This document shows, one piece after another, positions 55,101 to 64,000 of a stretch of 64,000 nt of DNA. Position numbers and translations under genes: made by a program. Every line of letters begins with the position of its first letter. The first letter of the stretch is position 1. Under the pieces are notes generated by a model. The model was not told where the DNA came from and made no database searches. It was given only the letters and a program-made list of their open reading frames with translations. The DNA is from Catajapyx aquilonaris. Lineage: Eukaryota. The stretch spans positions 1-64,000 of the forward strand of contig KZ538478.1 in the NCBI GenBank assembly GCA_000934665.2. Reading direction: 5' to 3'.

Positions 55101-57939
55101 GGATGGGGGTGGTCCTAAACTTTCAGGAAAGATTGTACATGGTACGTGGGCAGGTCAGTGCAGGTTAAAGTGGTTTATAGGCTTCAATCTACATGGCAAC
55201 AGTGAAGACATTCATTTCCTGACAAAATAGTGAATTAAATCCTATAACACTATTTTTGGGTGGTCCCTTAAAGAGCGTGTTATATCGAGGTTTTATTGCA
55301 TATAAAGTGTCAATACGAACCTGACAGTTACCTTACCTGGTAATCTAGTGATGCAGCCTTTGCATCGTGGTAATTCAAAGGGCAGGACTTCATCTCAGTG
55401 ATAGTACTCAATTTGCCAGTTGCCTCCAGAAAGCACTGGAAAAGTGCCATTTTTGACAGGCGAGACATCCTCCCTGACTCAAGTTTGCCAGTAACAGAAT
55501 TGACCATCTCAGGGCAATCACGTCCTTGAATTGTAGAGAGAAGTGTAAGTTAGTCACAGCCAGAAATCCTCCAATTGATAACAAAACATATCTCTTGCCT
55601 TTGTTCCAGTTAAGACTTATCTTCGGTGCTTTTTTTCCTGGTTGGCGTGTTTCAATTGAACTGCACTGACCCATCAAGGGCATATTCACAACATAAGATG
55701 GTGTTATCAGGCCCGGAACTGCGGGGAAGGGAATCCGTCCACAAACTGCCCTGAGAGTGGTGAGATACATTCCATTTTAACGTATGCCATGGTTTATAAT
55801 GCTATATCATATCATAATACTAATATGTCACTTCTTGGAGGGGGTGAGGGTGGAGGAAGACAATGACGACTATGAAAACATTGTGATCATTACATCAGCA
55901 ACAAGGTCTAACCTAGGCTTCATCATTAAACAGCAGTATTAACCCTATGGCCACTAGCTCATTTTGACTGGGTTTTCTGTTTTCCCACCCAACATGAGGA
56001 TAACCCATGAAAATGCCTTTCCACATGAGAAATTCCTCTATCCAATTAGGGGATGGAATGAAGGACACCTCAGACCAATGATAACCACCAGACCACTATC
56101 AGGCTTCATATTACATCACCTTAAACCACAATAAGGAAACATACTATGTATTCAACAATATTTACCTGTACAAGTGAACCGGATGATACAGACTGCCCAA
56201 AACGATGCTTTCCAAATAGATAGGCTCAATGAAATGAGACAGCAATGCTCCTTGCACTCCCAGCACATTCCAACGAGCAATCTTGTCAGAGCATGACATC
56301 GTCAGATTTCGCTGCTGACCCTGTAAGGCATGAATAAAAAATTTATTTAATTACATGTGAAATAATAAGGTGACCAGACGTCCCGAATTTTCCGGGACAG
56401 TCCCGAATTTTCACCCTTTGTCCCGGAATTTTTCAAGGGTCATTCGGGACGCCCATTTGTCCCGAATTCGGCCAAGTTGTCCCGGAAAGGAATGAATAAG
56501 TATATTCGTATGGTGTCACATTTCGAAACTAACCATGTCCCATGCAAAAAAAAATCTTAAGTTAGCAGAATTCCTTTTTTGCTTGCTTGGGACAAATGCT
56601 GCCACTGAAAGGGTATTCTCCCTCATGAATAGTGTGTGGACCAGTGACAAAAGTCAACTGAGTGTGGAAACTCTAAAGGCAATGTTAGTGACTAAGGTCA
56701 ACTATGATGAAACTTGTGTAGAGTTTTTTTTAATGCTTCTGACAAAGAAAGACCTCCTTAAAAAAATTCACAGCTCTGGAAAATACTGTACTACAGCAGT
56801 TTGGCTTCTGCTTCTCAAATGTTGCTAAAGTAAGTACTATATACTTCACATGTAGATGATGATGATGATGGTAAATAAATTGTGAATGTTCTAAGTGACA
56901 CCTTGCTTTGTCAGATTGGCTTAGGACATCTGGGCTTGCTTGTAGTACATCTCATTGTCCTAATAAGGAATGTTCATTTTCTTTAAGTGNNNNNNNCCCC
57001 CCCCCGGTTTGCGACATAATGAGCGTCCCGAATTTCGGGCCCGGAAATCTGGTCACCTTAGAAATAAGGGCTTAGTTTCAGATAAGACTCCACTGCTTCA
57101 AAATGATATATTTTTGCCTCTATTTCAAAAAAGATCAGTAACAATATGGTAATAAAAAATAATAAGTAACAGTATTGGTATGGACAATCTGAAAGGTAAT
57201 GGGATAGTGGAGGAGGAGAAGGGGGAAAAGACTGATGGGCAGGTTTATAGTTGTGATTCAAAATTAATTCAGGAGGAAGAGACATTTCACATATCCAGTG
57301 ATAGTCTCACTTGAATGGTGTAAATATTGAAATTAAAGCACCACTATGTTGCTAATAAAGTTGTAATGACACAAAATTATTTCCCAAAAATGGGTATCAA
57401 ATACAATAGAAGGCAGGGGCAGACGCTGGAGATGAGAGCGTTTATGCATAAAGTTACACACACTGTTGCTGATTTCAACAGATTCCATGAAATAACACAG
57501 TAGTAATAATTATAGGAGTCCTGCTGCAACTTACCATCATGATTCCATCCCAAGTGCGTATACTGCCCATGTTCATTACAGGAATGGTCCCTTCTCCAGA
57601 CTCAATTTTTGTTCTCAACAAGCCCCTGCATTTACGATTAGGATGTTTGTCCACACTGACTCCTGATAATTCTTCATGTGGTGAAAACATCCTTAAAAAG
57701 TAATTCATTCCCCAATTAAAATTCATGTAACATTTACGAAGGTTGAAACCAAGCCTTGGCAAAATGAACCATGCTTACCTCCCATCCCCACAGGGCGCAG
57801 TACTGATGTACAAGTGAAACTTTATGTTGTTTTTTAACATGTATCCGCTTCCACAAGGTCTTGGAACAAAAATGGATGAGCTGAAGGTGTCTGTCAAAAA
57901 AAACCAAGTAGAAATTATAATGACAATGATAATAATAAT

Positions 57940-57971
<32 letters not shown>

Positions 57972-59932
57972 AAATGATGATGATGATGGTGGACTTTCAG
58001 TTATAACAGACTTGGAAGGCTGGTCCTGGCAAACTTCCATGTCCTGTGTATTTTCACTCCTGATATAACAGACTCATTTCACCTCACCTCGGGTACAACA
58101 GATCATTTTTTGGCTCCTCGTTGGAAAAATATGCTGTTTTTGAGTACTCAGCTTCCTTTCCCTTGTGAGAAAACCACTGTATACTGGAGCTGGGGTGATT
58201 TTCCCACCTGTCACTGATCTAACACTTGCAGAAGAGGTCAAAATCATACTTTTTCTGGTATATTTGGAAACAAAGCAGAGATAGCATAAGAAAATTGTGG
58301 ATTTTTTGGTCCTTTGTAATTCATGGGAGCTAATTTTACACTTTTGTAGATATTTTCGTTAATCAGTATCCTGTAGTGTGCACATTACAGGCATGTGGAA
58401 AGCGAAAAACTTTGCATATTTGCTGAAAACGTGTCAATTTGGTTATAACAGACCTGAAGAAGAAAATGACAAGCACCAGCATGCAAATTGCTATTAATAT
58501 AACACCCATCCTGAACTACTGTTAAAGTCATGTAACTCGAGTTATCTGAGTTTCATATAGCATGAAAAAGCCAATCTTCTGATACAAAATAACAATTTGT
58601 CCTATGGCCTCTAACAAAGAGCTGAACAGCAATGTATCTGAAGATTATATTGCACCTATATTGCAAGTCTAACAGCAAGACTTCACACAGAACATAATCC
58701 AGTCCCATAAAATTGTGATTTTCTCAACTAACATTATTACTAATGGTTCCCATACAGTTTAATTCACTATGCTTTTCTTACTGCAATATCATACTTACCA
58801 GGAGAAGTGAGAAGTTCTAATTGTTGATAGAGGTAATCCCAGAGGCACCTCCTGGAGATGATTTCCGCATGGCAATCATTTAAGGCACTCCCAGAGCAAC
58901 TCAGATGGTCACCATCAATACACTTTGTTCCAGTTGACACTGTCACAAGAGTGGCATCTTGCATGTCATAATCTCGGGTCATAACTATCCCTGCTAACAC
59001 TTTTCGACGCAGATGATCTGGGTTATCTGATAGGGTTTGGAAGTGGCTGTTGACCAAGCTGAAAAAAATAATAAGTCTGTTAGGAACATGCTCTTGCAAT
59101 ACTGATCAGAAAGAATGGCAGGCAATTTTACAAAATTAATATAGTGGGCCATGATACAGCAAATGCATGTGGCCAATATGCTGCAATGTGGTAGCAACAA
59201 ATAAAGGTATCAGTTTCTGATACCTTTGCTTGTTTGTTGCACTAGGGGGCCATTAATACTGTGGGAATTCACTTGAACTGATTGCTGGCCCACACAGTCC
59301 AAAATGTGCAGGCAAAAGTCAACCAAAATAAACAAATATTATAGCATTAATAGATTAAAGTTTCATACAATTTACAACTGATTTATCATATGAATGCTTT
59401 CACCTTGCAACTCGATCTGCCAAGCTTTGTGGCATAACCAGCTCCTTTGGCAAGCTTTCTTCAAATTCAAATCCATTGATTGCATGTTCACCCTGAGTGA
59501 AATTCAAATTATGCAATTTAGACAATGCTGCTTTCGCTACAGCTAACTTGGCTAATTTTTTGCTTGGACCTAATGGATGAAATGGAAAAAACAAAAGCAG
59601 AATTAAAAAGCTTAGAGCATAAAATGGGCACTACCTTAATACATTTTTTATAGACTTACCAGTTCCTTCAAATGTTTCCTCTTCAACAGTTACTTGAACT
59701 GTGAATGTCCTCTGATGAGGATCTCCTCTTTCAGTGATTTCATGCTTAAGGTCTGGGTAATATGCATTCAACAATATGACAGGGTGCTTGTCTAGACACT
59801 TAAACTCCTGTGGAGGACTAGGAATCACAGGAATCCCACCAAGCTGTGAACTGCTCTGGGAAAACTCCATGCCATGTAATCCAGCTAGCACATCTTTAGC
59901 CAGTTCCAGTTTAGCCCGTTTCTTGTTCTGAC
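49006..59932 (-). CDS. Adar: dsRNA-specific adenosine deaminase (ADAR2/Drosophila Adar-like), 5'-partial, spliced: join(59660-59932, 59404-59569, 58799-59058, 57779-57890, 57535-57691, 56166-56320, 55599-55750, 55337-55524, 49006-49119)
   Basis: Manual splicing gives an open frame of ~525 codons with consistent intron phases. It contains two dsRBD segments ([15 protein letters not shown]...[12 protein letters not shown]) and the deaminase motifs [70 protein letters not shown] and [15 protein letters not shown]. Confidence 0.96.
49189..49660. mobile_element. Tigger/pogo-type MITE in the last ADAR intron
   Basis: tacaataaaacctcgattat ... ggataatcgaggttctactgta inverted ends; related ends also at ~47660-47966 and ~61147. 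Confidence 0.6.
50060..50390 (+). repeat. Interspersed repeat with two internal units, also present at 1-93
   Basis: AGAAGTGTCCAAAG...CGAGTTTCAT...CAC..AAT.CAA recurs at 1, ~50157 and ~50308; shared CACC(T/C)GGACTA end. Confidence 0.7.
52869..53357. mobile_element. Tc1/mariner-type palindromic MITE (near-perfect foldback)
   Basis: TA|CAGGGTGATTCTC ... GAGAATCACCCTG termini; the ORF track shows near-identical peptides on opposite strands; a partial relative lies at ~15920-16052. Confidence 0.85.
53358..54056. mobile_element. Non-autonomous PIF/Harbinger-like DNA transposon
   Basis: TIRs aaagctggattcacatatacgcg / cgcgtatatgtgaatccaccttt, GC-rich interior, CGCG-rich subterminal repeats; superfamily inferred from TIR style. 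Confidence 0.65.
54240..55298. mobile_element. Tigger/pogo-type non-autonomous element with nested insertions
   Basis: TA|CAGTAAAACCTCGATGTAAC and GTTATATCGAGGTTTTATTG termini. Confidence 0.7.
54691..54990 (+). mobile_element. tRNA-derived SINE (family B, Ser-GCT-like anticodon arm)
   Basis: A-box TGGTGTAGTGG, GACTGCTAATC arm, B-box GGTTCGAATCC, (TTA)n tail, 15-bp TSD TACCTAGGACAACCA at 54676-54690 and 54991-55005; second partial copy at ~29117-29240. Confidence 0.9.
55337..55524 (-). CDS. Adar: ADAR deaminase exon
   Basis: TTCAAG acceptor, CAG|GTAAGG donor; [25 protein letters not shown]...[13 protein letters not shown]. Confidence 0.93.
55599..55750 (-). CDS. Adar: ADAR deaminase exon ending at a GC donor
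   Basis: CTCTCAG acceptor; AVCGRI...[16 protein letters not shown]; frame to the next exon is kept with donor AAG|GCAAGA. Confidence 0.9.
56166..56320 (-). CDS. Adar: ADAR exon with SCSDK zinc ligand
   Basis: CTTACAG acceptor, AG|GTAAAT donor; [42 protein letters not shown]. Confidence 0.96.
56366..57060 (+). mobile_element. Non-autonomous hAT (Blackjack-like) element retaining a hATC dimerisation-domain fragment
   Basis: TIRs TAAGGTGACCAGA / TCTGGTCACCTTA, flanking GAAATAA duplication, GTCCCG subterminal repeats; ORF 56535-56828 contains [35 protein letters not shown]. Confidence 0.88.
57535..57691 (-). CDS. Adar: ADAR exon with RNA-binding loop and base-flipping loop
   Basis: TTTTTAAG acceptor, ATG|GTAAGT donor; MFSPHE...[25 protein letters not shown]...TWDGIMM. 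Confidence 0.95.
57779..57890 (-). CDS. Adar: ADAR exon with PCGD zinc ligand
   Basis: TTTTTGACAG acceptor, AG|GTAAGC donor; SSIFVPR...[15 protein letters not shown]. Confidence 0.94.
58799..59058 (-). CDS. Adar: ADAR exon: start of deaminase domain with HAE motif
   Basis: TTTTTTTCAG acceptor, G|GTAAGT donor; [11 protein letters not shown]...STGTKCI...[12 protein letters not shown]. Confidence 0.96.
59404..59569 (-). CDS. Adar: ADAR exon: end of dsRBD2 and linker
   Basis: CATTAG|GT acceptor, AG|GTGAAA donor; [20 protein letters not shown]...PQSLADRVA. Confidence 0.92.
59660..59932 (-). CDS. Adar: ADAR exon: C-terminal half of dsRBD1, linker, N-terminal half of dsRBD2
   Basis: Acceptor TTTTTTTAAAAG|GT, donor G|GTAAGT; 273 nt, phase 1/1; translates [16 protein letters not shown]...[43 protein letters not shown]. 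Confidence 0.9.
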
Positions 59933-60086
59933 CTTTTAAAAAAATCACTAGCTGAGGAAAAGAACTTTAAAAAGCTTCAGCAATGCTGAAAGAGACACTA
60001 TGCATTGTAATGAGCACATCAGCCTCTCTACTTGATGGCACAAATAACATTCAAAATAAATTCCCCATATAAAGGGAAAGTAAATC

Positions 60087-60738
60087 ACGTTCCACTAGGT
60101 AGTCCCCCCCAAAGAATCGGCCATATTTTTCTTACCACTCTACCTAGAAAAGTCATGTTTGGTTTAAAAGTTACCTTAGTTCATGGGAATGCTACATCAT
60201 TCACAATAAATGCTGTGATTGACCTTCAATGTCCTCCATACGCTCTCGACCGTGACTCGACTCGATGCTCTTTATTATCAAAGATCCTCCACACCATATC
60301 CTCATAAATAGTCCAGATTGCTGCACCTATGTTGCTTTCCAAGTCTTCTAACCTCGAGGCTTATTGCGGCTTCTTGTGACAAAATCATGGTGACTTTTTC
60401 GGTCATGCTAGCAGCCTGTGCTTCACTTTTTCGATTTTTTTCTTCCTCTGAAGGAGGTCATCTGCCCTTGTATTGGTCCAAAACACTTGGTGCAACAATC
60501 CTGACTATTAATGTCGATATGCTGCAGAGGGCCTTGGATAATAAGGAGCGTCGTGTCAAGTCGCGTTCGAGTGCATATGCTGGAGGTTGTTTAAGGTCAA
60601 TCCCAGCATTTCCTTTGAATGGTTCTACATTCCCATGAACTAATAATAAGGTAAGTTTTAAACCTAACATCATATTTACAGGTAGAGTAGGAAGAAAAAT
60701 ATAGTTGATTCTTTGAGGGGGACTACCTAGTGAAACAC
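60087..60738. repeat. Long imperfect inverted repeat (arms ~60087-60327 and ~60489-60738) in an ADAR intron
   Basis: Arms align in reverse complement over ~240 nt, roughly 75-80% identical by eye, with only 6-nt and 3-nt indels; no TIR, TSD or transposase signature seen. Confidence 0.9.
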
Positions 60739-61346
60739 CCTGTAAAAGGGTTCTGATTGGTCCGCTGCATATTGTTGTTACCGCAATGCTTCCTATTGGC
60801 CCTCATTCCACACATGTGCAATGGGGTGGAGGCAGAACCTCTGGTGGGTGGGAGGAGAAACTGTCTATTCATTACATGTTGTCCATAGGGTGAACTTCGC
60901 TCTCTCCCCACCCAGTCCTCCACCCACCCAACAACAACCACATCTGTGCCCCACTCCGCACCCCTCACAGCCTACCATCTACACTCTGCCCCCCCATCCC
61001 CTCCTGCTCCACCCACCCATCCCTGTATTGTTGGCCAGATGGCACTACTGTCAGGTTGTTGACAGTCAGTAAATTGTTCTTGGAACGTCAGTTGGTCAGG
61101 ACGCATTCTGATAACCGGGCTGTTCGAAGGCCAAAGCGATTAACAATACACTGTACTCCCAATTATCTGGTGCAGATTCTCTGGGCATCGCCATAAATAA
61201 AACTGAAAATAAAAGTCGGAAAAAATGTCAATATGTTTCGCAAATGAAGAAATATGACAAACTATTTCCAAAAGACAAACTAAAAATCAATGGTAAGTTT
61301 CCTTAAATCTTATTTAAAGCATCTTGATACACTGTGTACAGTAGTA

Positions 61347-63402
61347 CTTGCCGAACACCAATGAAGTTCGCCTAGCACGAAAATCACCTGCATGTCGATG
61401 TTACAAATACGAATTACATGAGAATGAATCATGTTTTAATCACACAACTTATATGCTAATGAGCCACATGGAAGAGTAATGTTGGGGCCAGATATCAATC
61501 CGTTTGTCAGTGGAACAAGACGAATAGGACAGTAGGCCTATTTATTTAGCGCACCGGGGGCAATGGAGTTCACCCAGAGCGCTAAACACACCACAAAGTT
61601 CGCCTAGAAGCAGGTGACATCGCCATGGGCAGCAATGACGGCCTCCACACAACACGACATGTGTTGAATGAGCTCTGGCACTCGGCTAGAGTGATGGTGT
61701 CCCGAACCTCCCGTAGCTTGGCCCTCAAGGGATGCCTTGGTGCAAGGATGTTTCCTCTGAAGTACCTTCTTCATGATTTTCCAGTCAGTCTCAATCAGAT
61801 TGAGGTCCAGGCTGCTCTATGGCCACGTAGAATGTCAATCCCCTTGTCTGCTTCTGCTGTTTTGGCAAGATGCAAATAGTCTTGTTGAAATATTACGTGA
61901 CCATCCGGATGTAAGGTTGCTATTGAGACACACACAGCAGATGGCCTCTCAAAATCTCCTGAAACATGGCTGTATCGATGGTGCTACTGATGCCGTGAAA
62001 GTTTCCAAGGCCGACACTACCCATGCATCCCCACACCATAATGCTGTGTGCATGTTTGATGGTTCTGGTGAGACATTGGGATGGTACGCTTCTTTCTTTG
62101 TTTGCAGTACTAGATATGGATGTCCGGGGAGGTGTAGATGGCCGAGATGGTAACGTCTCGGCTTGCTGATGTTGAGTGAAAGACCCCAGGTTCGATCCCC
62201 GCCTGGGGAACTTTCCTTTCACCTGCATCAGGAGGGTCTCTGACCTGCACCAAGGAGGTGTCTGGCAACCTAACCTCCTGGGGAACAGCACATGACCCCT
62301 TTACCGACCTTGCACTTGCACCAATGTTCCCTCCCCAAAAATCCCTATCCCTACCCTACATCCTTGACTCCTTGCACCAGTGAATGAAGTTAATATAGGA
62401 AAATGGAGTGAAATGGTGGTATTCCACCCCCCTAAAAAGGCTCAGCCTTATCACGGGGTAACGTTAAAAAAAACACACACACACAAACAAAAAAATGGAT
62501 GTCCCAGTACTGACTAATTCATCGCGAAACTTGACTAATTCCACATCTGATGTGCCCAATACTTCCATTCCTTCTCCCAAGCAAGTCTTTTTCCTGGTCC
62601 AGCACCATCAAGAGTGGTATTTTCTTGACCTATTGTCAAGAGAGCAGGTCCTGATTTCATGAATTCCCCATTAGTCTTTGAGAAGTTACGCATAAAAGTT
62701 CATCTTCATGGTACTGATGCAGAGTCGACAGGTTGTTGTGGGGACCACCTTTTGGGTCACTTCTGACCATTTTGAAATTGATGGTCGCTGCTCCTTTCGC
62801 CGATTTTGCGACACATTTTCTTCAGCTCTCAGTTTTTCCTTGCTGCTGTTGCCTGGTGACGTCCATGATAAGATTTTTCTGGATGGTACTTGTAGTTTTG
62901 TTACTTCATGCGATGCCCCTTACCATGGAGCATGGCCCATGCCCTTCTTGTCCAACCACATACGCAGACTTTCCTTCTTCAGAGCTCTTCCATATCACCT
63001 TGCATACCTCTGGGGGAATGGGCTTACCACCTCCCATGATTGTTATTTTCAGACACAGAGTGCAATGAGTAATGGCATTGTGGTGCAGGGCAAGACACCT
63101 GCACTTTTTTTCCCATCTGGCACAACCGCATCAGTCTGTATTTAACAGTGGACGAACTTTGTGGTGCGTTTAGCACTCTGGGCGAACTTCATTGCCCCCG
63201 GCATGCTTAATAAATACTGTCCTATTCATCTTGTTCCACTGACAAATGCATTGATATCTGGCCCCAACATTGCTCTTCCATGTGGCTCATTAGCATATAA
63301 GTTGTGTGATTAAAACATGATTCATTCTCAAGCAATCCGTATTTGCAACATCGATATGCAGGTGATTTTCGTGCTAGGCGAACTTCATTGGTGTTGGGCA
63401 AG
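61347..63402 (-). mobile_element. Tc1-family transposon with long TIRs and a decayed transposase, interrupted by a SINE
   Basis: TA-flanked ~260-bp TIRs (CTTGCCGAACACCAATGAAGTTCGCCTAGC...); minus-strand remnant TIKHAHSIMVWGCMGSVGLGNF typical of Tc1 DDE domains. Confidence 0.9.
62126..62494 (+). mobile_element. tRNA-derived SINE (family C)
   Basis: TGGCCGAGATGG A-box, GGTTCGATCCCC B-box, tail TATCACGGGGTA plus A/CA-rich end, TSD ATGGATGTCC at 62116-62125 and 62495-62504. Confidence 0.88.
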
Positions 63403-63440
63403 TACATTAAGAACCTGTGAAAAGCTCATTTTTACAGTGT

Positions 63441-63741
63441 TTGTTTGTTTGTAATACCCTGTGATAGGGCCAGGCCTGGGCCCTCTTCGGGGGGGGAGAG
63501 GAGGTTACCAAGTTAGGGCGCTCTNAGGAAGGGCGCTCTTAAGTAGTCATTTCAGACCCTCTTATATACCAGACCTTTTCTCCTGGCCCTGGGCAGAGAA
63601 GGGAGTGCAATTCTGTCTGGACATGTCGGGTGAAAAGCGGAAAAAGACCAGACCAAGAGAAGGTGACGGGGATGGGATTTGAACCCCAGACCTCCCGCTT
63701 GGCTGGCCAGTAGCATGGCCACTAGACCACCATGCTCCACT
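63441..63741 (-). mobile_element. tRNA-derived SINE (family A copy)
   Basis: Homologous to 4308-4600; 15-bp TSD TCATTTTTACAGTGT. Confidence 0.9.
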
Positions 63742-64000
63742 TCATTTTTACAGTGTCCAGGACCTCAAAAAAATGCCCCAATAAAATATAACTGGATCAA
63801 GCAACAAGATAAACTGCTCAATGCCTATGGGCAATCAATTAGATTTCATGGCAAAAGATGACGAAAACTGGTTACGGAAGTATGCAACATTGACATAAAC
63901 TATGCTAGATATCGAAGTAAAAAATTATATTGATTGTCTCAGTAAGTTAACTTCTAACTATATTAAATCGATATTCTACGATAACTAAGTTATAAATACT

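Noticed and set aside
32685..56996. N runs at 32685-32700, 44483-44528 and 56990-56996
   Set aside because: Assembly gaps next to homopolymers, not biological features.
60032..60673. Similar peptides from ORFs 60032-60307 (+) and 60458-60673 (-)
   Set aside because: Their similarity follows from the inverted repeat. No recognisable domain; third-position bias appears only in a short stretch, although both indels are multiples of three.
60740..61202. Possible N-terminal ADAR exon
   Set aside because: All three minus-strand frames contain stops, no dsRBD1 N-half is present, and the part from ~61147 resembles a Tigger end. The true upstream exon is probably outside the window.
1..64000. CRISPR array or prokaryotic defence/operon system
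   Set aside because: The sequence is eukaryotic (spliceosomal introns, SINEs); no regularly spaced direct repeats with unique spacers.

Overview
AT-rich, repeat-dense eukaryotic DNA, apparently invertebrate and probably arthropod (inferred). Only one host protein-coding gene is supportable: an ADAR2-type dsRNA adenosine deaminase on the minus strand. It has nine visible coding exons (59932 down to the stop at 49006), intact catalytic motifs and one GC-AG intron; its 5' exon(s) lie beyond the window end. The rest is non-coding sequence with tRNA-derived SINEs (several families sharing one 3' tail motif), Tc1/mariner, Tigger, hAT, Harbinger, Sola and piggyBac-type elements and MITEs, two Helitrons, a probable solo LTR, microsatellites and three short N gaps. 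The most notable signal is that the ADAR pre-mRNA carries its own long dsRNA substrates. These are a ~240-bp imperfect, non-TE-like hairpin just upstream of a symmetric exon that joins the two dsRBDs, a ~490-nt foldback in the last intron, and a ~410-nt foldback starting ~80 nt after the stop codon. Together they are a candidate ADAR auto-editing/auto-splicing feedback system, which remains an inference until tested with RNA data.
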